Source: an uncultured Gammaproteobacteria bacterium | GTDB taxonomy: Bacteria > Patescibacteriota > Microgenomatia > Levybacterales > GWA1-39-11 | Assembly (NCBI GenBank): GCA_964409875.1 | Contig: CAYPEN010000004.1 | Coordinates: forward strand, 11,596-75,595 | DNA length: 64,000 bases | Direction of reading: 5' to 3' | Shown here: in pieces, positions 56,256-64,000 of the stretch | Position numbering within the stretch: the stretch's first letter is position 1 | Layout of the letters: each line of letters opens with the position of its first letter | The notes under the pieces: model-generated | Told to the model about the DNA's origin: nothing | Database searches by the model: none | Seen by the model: the letters and a program-made list of their open reading frames with translations, nothing else | Made by a program: the position numbers and the translations under genes

Positions 56256-58028
56256 TTATGTATGAAGTCCAAAGCTTTCAAGGAGTTTTTGGTTACCTTC
56301 TATTTGGTAATTAAGAAGCTCTGCATAGAGTCCCTTTTGCTGGGAAAGTTCTTTTGGAGTGCCATAATTTGTTATCCGTCCTTCTTCAACAACTATAACT
56401 TTATCTACATTTTGAATAGTTGAAAATCTATGGGCGATAATAATTGTAAGCTTATCGCGCATCAAAACTCCGAGCGCTTCTTGTACCTCTTTTTCACTTT
56501 TGGCATCAAGTGATGAGGTAGCTTCGTCCAGAATAAGAATAGGTGCTGCTTTAAGAATAGCCCTGGCAATCTGAATTCTCTGCTTCTGTCCTCCGGAGAG
56601 TTTGACCCCACGCTCTCCTATCTCGCTATCAAGCCCTTTGGGGAGTTTTGAGACAAATTCATATGCGTTTGCTTGCTTGAGGGCTGTTATTATTTCTTTT
56701 TCTGTTGCTTTCTCTTTTCCATAGGCTACATTTTCTCTTACTGTTGAGGAGAACAATTCGTTTTCCTGAAATACGAGTGCGATATTATTTCTGATAAATT
56801 GAGGTGAAAGCTTTGTATACGGCATACCCTTCAGATATATTTCACCACCAGTCGGCTGATAGAGTTTCATGATGAGGTTTACGATGGTAGACTTACCTGC
56901 TCCGCTATGCCCGACAAGTGCAATTTTTTCTTTGGATGAAATTTTGAATGAAACATTTTTCAAAACCTGCTCCGACCCTTCGTATTGGAATTCAACTTTT
57001 TTGAATTCAATTTCAGGATTTTTGACCATTTCTGTTTTTACTTTTTCTTTGTAGTCTTCGGCCGAAGGGAGGTCGAGGATTTCAAAATACTCTTTGCTTC
57101 CTTGTTCTGCCTGTTGGACTTGCGTGAGTATGAAAGACATCGCAAAAAGAGGGATACGTGCTTGATTGAATAACTGTAAGACCAAGACCATTTCTCCAAG
57201 TGTTAGCGCTCCTGTGAACGTGTTGTAGAACACGATGACGTTTATAGCAAAAAGGATTAGGATAAGTGAGAAATTACGGGCAAAATCAAATTTATGGAAT
57301 GTTGAACTCTGACCTGCATAAATTTTATTGATTTGAGTAAGGCCTTCCGAGACAGAACTGAATTCGGCTTTCTCCCTCGTAAATCCTTTGACGAGGCGGA
57401 TATTTCCAATTACCTCATTAATTCGTCCCCGCGTTATGTCTTCAATTTTATTCTTCTTGACCTCTTCTTTTCCCCATTTGACGGTCGAATAGTAAGAGAG
57501 CATAAGATAAATTGGGAAAAGTATGAAGGTAAAAAAGGCGATAGGAAGATTGTAGTAGGCAAGAATCACAATAGTAAAAAGGCTTTGAAGAAGTGTGGGA
57601 AGGATGAAATTCGAAGCTCCGTTCAGGAATTGATATATGGTAAAAATTCCTCTGTTGAGCTGGTTGACAATTTTTCCTGACACCTGCCCGTCAAAGTAAC
57701 TTTGAGGAAGTGTGAGAACTTTATCATAGAATTTTTCGGTCAGATATTGCCGTAATTTTCCAGCAAAATGATCGCCAAGCCTGTCTGAAATCGTGTTCAC
57801 CAGAACTCCCAAGAAACTTGCCCCAAATGCGAGAAGAATAAGCGTGATAAGGTGTTGAACGTTGCCTCCATGTCCCGATAATTTTTTTGTAATTTCATCG
57901 ACAATAAATTTTGATAAAAGAGGAGCGATAAGTTGTAGAGCAGAGGATAGAAGAATAAGAAATCCGATAAGGCCAACAAGAGAGTGGAGAGGTTTTGATA
58001 ATTTTATAATTTTCCAAATGTTTTTCAT
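56256..58028 (-). CDS. ABC exporter, fused TMD and NBD
   Basis: Six-TM domain; GHSGAGKST, LSGGQKQR, ILDEATSSLD, IAHR. Confidence 0.96.
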   Translation of the reverse strand: MKNIWKIIKLSKPLHSLVGLIGFLILLSSALQLIAPLLSKFIVDEITKKLSGHGGNVQHLITLILLAFGASFLGVLVNTISDRLGDHFAGKLRQYLTEKFYDKVLTLPQSYFDGQVSGKIVNQLNRGIFTIYQFLNGASNFILPTLLQSLFTIVILAYYNLPIAFFTFILFPIYLMLSYYSTVKWGKEEVKKNKIEDITRGRINEVIGNIRLVKGFTREKAEFSSVSEGLTQINKIYAGQSSTFHKFDFARNFSLILILFAINVIVFYNTFTGALTLGEMVLVLQLFNQARIPLFAMSFILTQVQQAEQGSKEYFEILDLPSAEDYKEKVKTEMVKNPEIEFKKVEFQYEGSEQVLKNVSFKISSKEKIALVGHSGAGKSTIVNLIMKLYQPTGGEIYLKGMPYTKLSPQFIRNNIALVFQENELFSSTVRENVAYGKEKATEKEIITALKQANAYEFVSKLPKGLDSEIGERGVKLSGGQKQRIQIARAILKAAPILILDEATSSLDAKSEKEVQEALGVLMRDKLTIIIAHRFSTIQNVDKVIVVEEGRITNYGTPKELSQQKGLYAELLNYQIEGNQKLLESFGLHT

Positions 58029-58138
58029 ACAAGTATTTTACCATAATTTGAGCTTGTTTTTACGGAGATTTGCTTTATTTAGGGAGCTCTATTAAAATAT
58101 AGGATAATTAGTGATGCTAGGATGGGCTTTTAAGAGTG

Positions 58139-58361
58139 TATAATGTTTAGTTTTTGAAAAACCAAACAGGATTTACAATTTAAACGCCGTAGCGCGGTAC
58201 TTCCACCGTTATCAACAAGCATCCACAACCCAGAAGGTTTTCGTCATACGAATTCCTCAAAAAAACTAACGCCGGGTGTTGGGAAGGAATTTACAAATCC
58301 TCAAACCCTTGAGGATTTTTTTTGTTCCCTTTTTTTGGTACCCAGGCTCAAAACAATAATT
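58139..58361 (+). promoter_or_regulatory. Promoter and long structured 5' leader of an Rpf-like gene (attenuator/riboswitch candidate)
   Basis: TATAAT at 58139; about 210 nt non-coding; terminator at 58295-58323; alternative pairing segments. Confidence 0.5.
58295..58323 (+). terminator. Intrinsic terminator inside the leader
   Basis: AAATCCTCAA-accc-TTGAGGATTT with a T8 run. Confidence 0.75.
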
Positions 58362-59024
58362 ATGAGACCTGAAATAAGTAGTATCGTAGGTAAAAAAGTA
58401 TCAAAAAAAGAGTTTGCAGCCCGCTCAATTGCAACTCTTGTTATCGCGGGTTCAGCTATTATTGGTGGCTCAGCTAAAAAAGCGGAAGCCTCACAGTATT
58501 TGACTTCATACGATGCTTCAGATATTGCAAACCCCGCTGATATTTTTTTGCGGCCTGTATATGGTCCGCAAGCTCCTACCGTGGAACAATTAACGATGCA
58601 AGCGGGCCAGGAATTTAGGATAGGAATTGAAAATGCACAAAAGCAGCTAGAACAAGATGCACTGATTGCAGGGAAAAAACAAGATGTCCAAGATAAATCA
58701 GCAGAAGAACCGTCTTCAGTAATAGCTCAAAGCATTTCTGTTACCTCACAAACTGAAGGAAATCTGTCATTACAACCATGCGGGGGAGAGTACCCTCCTT
58801 GTTGGGTTGCCGAAAGAGAAAGTCACGGGAATTATGCAGCTGTCAATTCAACCGGCTGCGGCGGACGTACGTGTGGTGGAAAATGGCAATTTGATCCCTT
58901 AACGTGGGATGGTTATGGGGGATATGAATTTGCCCAGGATGCGCCCCCTGCGCTTCAGGACTCAAAAGCAAAGGAGTTATGGAATGGAGGACAAGGATGT
59001 GGACATTGGGCCGCCTGTGAATAA
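58362..59024 (+). CDS. Secreted Rpf-like/lysozyme-fold transglycosylase
   Basis: Signal/TM; PPCWVAERESHGNY..N...GGKWQFDPLTW.GYGGY..AQDAP...QD.KA.ELW..G.GC.HW..C. Confidence 0.85.
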   Translation: MRPEISSIVGKKVSKKEFAARSIATLVIAGSAIIGGSAKKAEASQYLTSYDASDIANPADIFLRPVYGPQAPTVEQLTMQAGQEFRIGIENAQKQLEQDALIAGKKQDVQDKSAEEPSSVIAQSISVTSQTEGNLSLQPCGGEYPPCWVAERESHGNYAAVNSTGCGGRTCGGKWQFDPLTWDGYGGYEFAQDAPPALQDSKAKELWNGGQGCGHWAACE

Positions 59025-59080
59025 TTGATATGTTTTGATATCTTTACATCAGCCTTCTTACAATGGTATAAAATCATAAT

Positions 59081-59653
59081 TTGACTACCGAGGTATTATC
59101 ATTACAAGTAGAAAACACCCTTCCAACCATCAATAGCATTCCTTCTTTTTTTCCTACAATTCCGCCACTTGAAATTGAAACAGCAAGTGTAATTGATGCG
59201 GTCGAAAGGGTAATTGTCCAATACCAAAATGAAGGAGACAGTATGTTTATCTCTCCTGAGGCAAAAGTAGGCTGTTATGTGGGATTACGGGATATGTCCC
59301 GCAGTGTTCCCAGATATACTAACATTACTGACGTAAGGGACAAAAATGCAGTACCCAACAGGCTCAGTGGAAGGCTGGATAATTCATTTGCCACTCTTCA
59401 CGAGCTTTGGAGGCACGATCCTCTTATACAAAAGCGTCTTGAGGAGGAAAGAATACAGTTTGATAAGAAATACCGTGAATGGTATGGAACTATCGATGAA
59501 CCGGGAGTAAGAGATAGGATGTTTGATTGTTTTACGGCTAACTCTGACCAAGAATCAAGGGTCTCTGAAAGGGAATTTGAAGCACTTGAAATGAAAGCAA
59601 GAAGGGCTTATTTTTTGCCCACTATGACAACTGCGTCCGAATTTCCCGTGTAA
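59081..59653 (+). CDS. Hypothetical protein
   Basis: 190-aa ORF with TTG start; no family recognised. Confidence 0.5.
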   Translation: MTTEVLSLQVENTLPTINSIPSFFPTIPPLEIETASVIDAVERVIVQYQNEGDSMFISPEAKVGCYVGLRDMSRSVPRYTNITDVRDKNAVPNRLSGRLDNSFATLHELWRHDPLIQKRLEEERIQFDKKYREWYGTIDEPGVRDRMFDCFTANSDQESRVSEREFEALEMKARRAYFLPTMTTASEFPV

Positions 59654-60240
59654 TCGGCAGTTGCAGCTCCAACCGTGTACGTGTCGGATAGATCCGACTT
59701 TAGAAGGTCCAGATAATTCTTCTTTGTACTTTTCACCTGTATAGTTGTTGTTTCATAATCAAAATTATCGGCGTTACCCGAAGAAACGACATCGTACCCC
59801 AATTTTTTCAATGCATCGGATGCTTTTGTTGCAGCTCCTGCTTCACCGCTCCCATTAAGAACAGCTACGGTTAGATTAGCCCTGTCAAGGGTTGAAGCTT
59901 TGGTAGAACCTGTAGGAGTTGGAACGCCCTTTGAGGGAGTAGGTGTTATTTTTGAAGTTGGAGTAGGTATGGTTTTTCCACTTGTAGGTGTGGGTGTTTC
60001 GGTAGGCGAGGGGGATGGAGTTGCCGTAGGTTGGGCTGGAGTTGGGGTAAGGTTTTTTTCGTTTTCACCCTTCCCTCCGGTTGCTATGACTGCAAATGCA
60101 ACAAGTGCTACAAGGATAATGATTCCAATGATGATAAATATCACTCTTTTATTTCCACGTGAGCCACGTGATGATTCATACACATAGGACCTGCGGGAGG
60201 GATTTAAGAATTGTTGTTCTTGGCTATTTTCGTCTGCCAT
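59608..60240 (-). CDS. LytR C-terminal domain membrane protein
   Basis: TM, Thr-Pro linker, VAVLNGSGEAGAA..LKKLGY.V..SGNA...VVIVGK. Confidence 0.9.
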   Translation of the reverse strand: MADENSQEQQFLNPSRRSYVYESSRGSRGNKRVIFIIIGIIILVALVAFAVIATGGKGENEKNLTPTPAQPTATPSPSPTETPTPTSGKTIPTPTSKITPTPSKGVPTPTGSTKASTLDRANLTVAVLNGSGEAGAATKASDALKKLGYDVVSSGNADNFDYETTTIQVKSTKKNYLDLLKSDLSDTYTVGAATADYTGNSDAVVIVGKK

Positions 60241-60365
60241 GGCATTTTTCAGGGGACAGTGGGATGAATACAGATATGATACCACGATTTATCCCAAAAA
60301 CAAGGTGAGCATAGGTCTTACCTTAATCATATGCAATTATTATCCTATGAACGGATAATCTGTAT

Positions 60366-61028
60366 ATGCTTGGGAGCATAGTACTGCCGAAAAATAAAGA
60401 GGTTAGAATTTCTGAGAAGGAGAAGGGTGAAAATAAACCGAATAAGGATGAGGGAATTTTCAACGATATTGAACCGAAGGATTATTCAAAAAAAGTAAAA
60501 AACAAGAAGGATTTTGCAAAGGAAGAGACTTCAGAATTTGGTAAAAAGGCGCAAAAAGAAGGAAAGGAGGAAGCGCATAAGGAAATTGTAAAAGAGACGG
60601 AAAAACAACAGGAGATTTTGGAAGATGTAATTCAAAAGTCAAAAAAAGTTCTTTTTAAGTCAAAATCCGTATTTCCCTTTGATTGGTTTCCCGATGAACT
60701 TATTATTGATCCGACAAAAGTAATTATCGTTCACAAAGAATTTTTGAGCTCCGGAACAATGGATACTGTATATATAAAGGATATTGCCGATGTTGTGATA
60801 GAAACCGGGCCGTATTTGGCGACAGTCAATATTGTTGATATAAGTTATGGTGCCAGCAAACACTATATCAAAAAGCTCAAAAAAGCAGATGCATTAAGAG
60901 CAAGAGAAATCATTGAAGGATTAGTTACGGCACTTAAGGCAGGAATCGATATTTTAAAATTACCCGGCGAAAATATTTTGTCCTCAATAAGTCAGCTTTC
61001 CGGAATGCAGAAGATAGCAAATCCGTAA
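60366..61028 (+). CDS. Hypothetical protein with bacterial PH-like domain
   Basis: SVFPFDWFPDELIID..KV, IKDIADV. Confidence 0.7.
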   Translation: MLGSIVLPKNKEVRISEKEKGENKPNKDEGIFNDIEPKDYSKKVKNKKDFAKEETSEFGKKAQKEGKEEAHKEIVKETEKQQEILEDVIQKSKKVLFKSKSVFPFDWFPDELIIDPTKVIIVHKEFLSSGTMDTVYIKDIADVVIETGPYLATVNIVDISYGASKHYIKKLKKADALRAREIIEGLVTALKAGIDILKLPGENILSSISQLSGMQKIANP

Positions 61029-61046
61029 CTTTGGTACAATTGCGGC

Positions 61047-61637
61047 ATGAGGACAATTATCCTGGCATCGCAAAGCAAAGCACGCAAAACACTTTTTGCC
61101 TCTCTTGGTATTCCATTTAAGACTATTCCACCTCATATCAACGAAAAAGCGATACGGGACACAAATCTGTTAAAACGGGCCCAGAATATCGCAAATGCCA
61201 AAGCAGAAAAGATATTCTCCCTTAATCCTGACGCAATAATTATTGCTTGCGATACCTTCAGTGAATGTAAGGGAAAAGCGTTTGAAAAACCGAAAACAAA
61301 GAATGAGGCAAAAGAAATGCTTCAATTCCTTGCAGGAAAAGACGCTGTCAACTACACAGCATTTCGATATATCGATAAAACGAACGAGATTGATTTTGCC
61401 AAAACAGTCAAGGTTTTTTATACATTCCGGATACTCACTGAAAATGAGATAGAAGAATACGTTGAAAAGTTCCCGGTTACAGAATGGGCAGCCGCGTTTG
61501 CCTTAGTTCTCCCTTACGTTACCACGCTTATTGCAAGCGTAAACGGTTCATATACCGGACTGTCATACGGTCTGCCTACAGAGCTATTGATACCGCTTCT
61601 GGTAAAGTCAGGGTTTAAAATACACCCTCAAATGTAG
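61047..61637 (+). CDS. maf: Maf family nucleotide pyrophosphatase
   Basis: IILASQSKAR, INEKAIR, IIACDT, FEKP, YGLP. Confidence 0.9.
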   Translation: MRTIILASQSKARKTLFASLGIPFKTIPPHINEKAIRDTNLLKRAQNIANAKAEKIFSLNPDAIIIACDTFSECKGKAFEKPKTKNEAKEMLQFLAGKDAVNYTAFRYIDKTNEIDFAKTVKVFYTFRILTENEIEEYVEKFPVTEWAAAFALVLPYVTTLIASVNGSYTGLSYGLPTELLIPLLVKSGFKIHPQM

Positions 61638-61648
61638 CTTCTCGTTGT

Positions 61649-62743
61649 GTGGTAAAATACGACAAAGTGAAGACAGTTCTTCTTGTTTTGGCAGTAATTA
61701 TCGGTAGTGTATTGCTTTGGAATTATGCAAAAAGTGACAATCCTGCGGTACAAAAAATAACAAAAACCGTTCGAAAAGAACAGCAAACGCCTCACATTGT
61801 CCCCCAAAAGTCAGAAAAAAGATATCTCTTTGTCCCGTATTGGTCTTTTGGAAAAACTATTACAACTGACAGTGAGTACTCCCTTATTTATTTTGGAGCC
61901 GGGGTCAATATGAATGGAATAGAGGCAAATGATAAAGGATATTCCAACATAGCTCCTTTTATTAAGCTAACACCGAATGCATCAGAACGAATTCTGGCAA
62001 TTAGGATGGTTGATAAAACCATAAATTCTGCGATTATCAAAAACTCACTACTCGAAGAAAAAATTGCCTCTCAAGCGGTGGAGTTGGCCATTAAGAACAA
62101 ATTTGACGGTGTACTTTTGGATTACGAAACGTCGGCATTCGGTTTTGAAAGTACAACCAATAACATTTCTTCCTTTTACAAATTATTTGCCAAAAAAGCG
62201 CATGATTCTAATTTGAAATTTTACGTTTCATTGTATGGTGATACATATTTCCAGTCCAGGCCCTTTGACGTTAAAGCCATTGGAGTGGTGGCAGATAAGG
62301 TGCTAATCATGGCCTACGACTTTTCAAAATCGGGAGGCAATCCGGGACCCAATTTTCCATTTTCAGGAAGGGAAAAGTATGGATATGATTTTGCAAAAAT
62401 GATTGATGATTTTCAGAAAGACGTCGATAATCAAAAACTCATCGTCATTCTTGGTTATTTCGGGTATGACTGGCGGGTCGATAAGAATGGGAATGCTCTG
62501 TCTTCAGGCGTACCCCTTTCTACTATTGAAATAACAAAAGAATTCATAGATAAGTGTGGTTATAAGACATGTAATCTGAACAGAGAACCGGTGAGTTATG
62601 AACCTTCTATCCGTTATCAAGATGAAGGAGGAGCGGGTCATATCGTGTGGTTTGAGGATGACAAGTCTATAGCTAAGAAAAAAGATTTCTTGAAAGGAAA
62701 AGGGATTTTAGAGACAGCCGCCTGGGCGTATTCTTACTTCTAG
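61649..62743 (+). CDS. Membrane-anchored glycoside hydrolase family 18
   Basis: FDGVLLDYE, LIMAYDF, GYDW, VWFED, AAW. Confidence 0.88.
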   Translation: MVKYDKVKTVLLVLAVIIGSVLLWNYAKSDNPAVQKITKTVRKEQQTPHIVPQKSEKRYLFVPYWSFGKTITTDSEYSLIYFGAGVNMNGIEANDKGYSNIAPFIKLTPNASERILAIRMVDKTINSAIIKNSLLEEKIASQAVELAIKNKFDGVLLDYETSAFGFESTTNNISSFYKLFAKKAHDSNLKFYVSLYGDTYFQSRPFDVKAIGVVADKVLIMAYDFSKSGGNPGPNFPFSGREKYGYDFAKMIDDFQKDVDNQKLIVILGYFGYDWRVDKNGNALSSGVPLSTIEITKEFIDKCGYKTCNLNREPVSYEPSIRYQDEGGAGHIVWFEDDKSIAKKKDFLKGKGILETAAWAYSYF

Positions 62744-62761
62744 TGTTGATATAATTGAAAT

Positions 62762-63391
62762 ATGAAAAGACTATATTTAACTTCAACTGTTAATTTTGTT
62801 GCAAAACGCATCGCACAGGATTTAAACCCTAAAGCTCCAATGAACAAGCTTGCATTTGTTTTAACAGCTACAGAAGACAAAGAGCGCGATACTACTTGGA
62901 TTACTAACGATAAGAATAGCTTGAAAGAAGTGGGATTTGATGTTTTTGACTACACAATCACTAATAAAAATGAAAATGAAATCAGAAATGATCTTAAAGA
63001 CACGAATTTTATATATGTAGAGGGTGGAAATACTTTTTATCTTCTCGAAAAAGCACAGCAAAGCGGTTTTATAAAAGTAATTAGGGATTTCATTTTAAAA
63101 GAAGAAAAAATTTATATTGGAACTAGCGCCGGTTCTATTATTGCTGGTCGAGATACGTATCCTACACTAATATTGGATGATGTTTCACTTGCCCCAAATC
63201 TTAAGGGGTATAAAGGTTTTGGATTGGTTGATTTTACGATATTGCCTCATTGGGGAAGCGACAAGTTCAAAGATTTGTATCTAAATCTCCGACTCGCACA
63301 TTCTTATAATGGAACGAGCCAGCTTATTTTACTTCGCGATAATCAATACGTTGAGGTTAAAGATGATTGGTATAGGATTATTGAAGTCTAA
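62762..63391 (+). CDS. Peptidase E (S51) family
   Basis: YVEGGNTFYLL, YIGTSAGS, ILPH. Confidence 0.92.
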   Translation: MKRLYLTSTVNFVAKRIAQDLNPKAPMNKLAFVLTATEDKERDTTWITNDKNSLKEVGFDVFDYTITNKNENEIRNDLKDTNFIYVEGGNTFYLLEKAQQSGFIKVIRDFILKEEKIYIGTSAGSIIAGRDTYPTLILDDVSLAPNLKGYKGFGLVDFTILPHWGSDKFKDLYLNLRLAHSYNGTSQLILLRDNQYVEVKDDWYRIIEV

Positions 63392-63398
63392 ACATTTT

Positions 63399-64000
63399 TT
63401 ATTCCAGTGTTGATAGCAATGGTATGGAAAGTTTGATTTCTTTTTTCTTTCTTATCAAACGGTCGGAGTCAAAAAGACTTGTTCCGAAATCCACCTTTTT
63501 AGCTTCATAAACGGGATATACTTTTTTTGCCTTTTTTTCAAATTCGGAATTCCCAAAAAAAAGCGATGCCTGTTTTTGTGTATTTTCACAAAAATCGTAA
63601 ATGGTTGCTCCCGATGCGCGATAGAGGACGCCTTTCCTATAGATTTTTTCAAAGCCATCTTTCAATTCTTTACGGATAGCAAGAGGAAAAGAGGTAGGTT
63701 CAGCAAGCTTTATCTCAATAGCATGATGATGAAAGTCCTGAGACTTAAGGTAAATTGTAAGCCTTTTGACCGCATACGTATAATTCCTTGCCTTCAAAAA
63801 AACATCTTCAATATGCGCCAAAAGCCGGGCCCAGAGGATATCCTTATTGTTTGTCGCAGGAGTTACGGTTGAGGAACGGGTCATCGATTTGTATTCACGC
63901 TTGGCATTCGGGTTGACCCCATACACCATCTCTCCATTTAATTCCCGCCATATTTCCTGATACGGTTTTGAAAAGTAGCGCTTGATAAAAGTGTCAGGTT
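63399..64000 (-). CDS. Y-family DNA polymerase (DinB/UmuC), C-terminal part, 5' partial
   Basis: Little-finger signature KSMTRSST..., YRASG, QASLF; frame continues upstream (FSKPYQEIWRELNG). Confidence 0.75.
   Translation of the reverse strand, partial: PDTFIKRYFSKPYQEIWRELNGEMVYGVNPNAKREYKSMTRSSTVTPATNNKDILWARLLAHIEDVFLKARNYTYAVKRLTIYLKSQDFHHHAIEIKLAEPTSFPLAIRKELKDGFEKIYRKGVLYRASGATIYDFCENTQKQASLFFGNSEFEKKAKKVYPVYEAKKVDFGTSLFDSDRLIRKKKEIKLSIPLLSTLE

Noticed and set aside
58192-58210. Minus-strand GGTGGAAGTACCGCG resembling a T-box
   Set aside because: The consensus is interrupted by extra bases, and no stem I or downstream terminator is evident on that strand.
1-64000. tRNA, rRNA, prophage, integrase or defence island
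   Set aside because: No cloverleaf or rRNA signature in any spacer, and no recombinase, capsid or recognisable defence genes.

Overview
Low-GC (roughly 35-40% by eye) bacterial chromosome segment read in genetic code 11. The gene set and style point to a CPR/Patescibacteria genome of the Microgenomates type (inference): short AlaS, baseplate-J-like membrane protein, sortase, AMP phosphorylase, ATP-citrate lyase, scattered nucleotide salvage genes and many Thr/Pro-rich secreted proteins. Core genes are alaS, mltG, rpoB-rpoC-rpsL-rpsG, guaA, gap, fusA, aclBA, murB, purF and tdk. No rRNA, tRNA, CRISPR array or transposase was seen. Main observations: (1) a Crp/Fnr gene with tandem 23-bp-spaced CRP boxes repeated at two loci, each in front of an uncalled micro-ORF; (2) two resuscitation-promoting-factor-like lytic transglycosylases, one behind a ~210-nt attenuator/riboswitch-like leader; (3) an ECF sigma/anti-sigma pair with a matching TGTAAC-N16-CGTT promoter on the divergent secreted gene; (4) pervasive -10-box-plus-6-nt leaderless gene starts; (5) a 375-codon frame broken by a single in-frame TGA; (6) a GC-rich gap gene; (7) a synonymously diverged duplicate of a gene 3' end.
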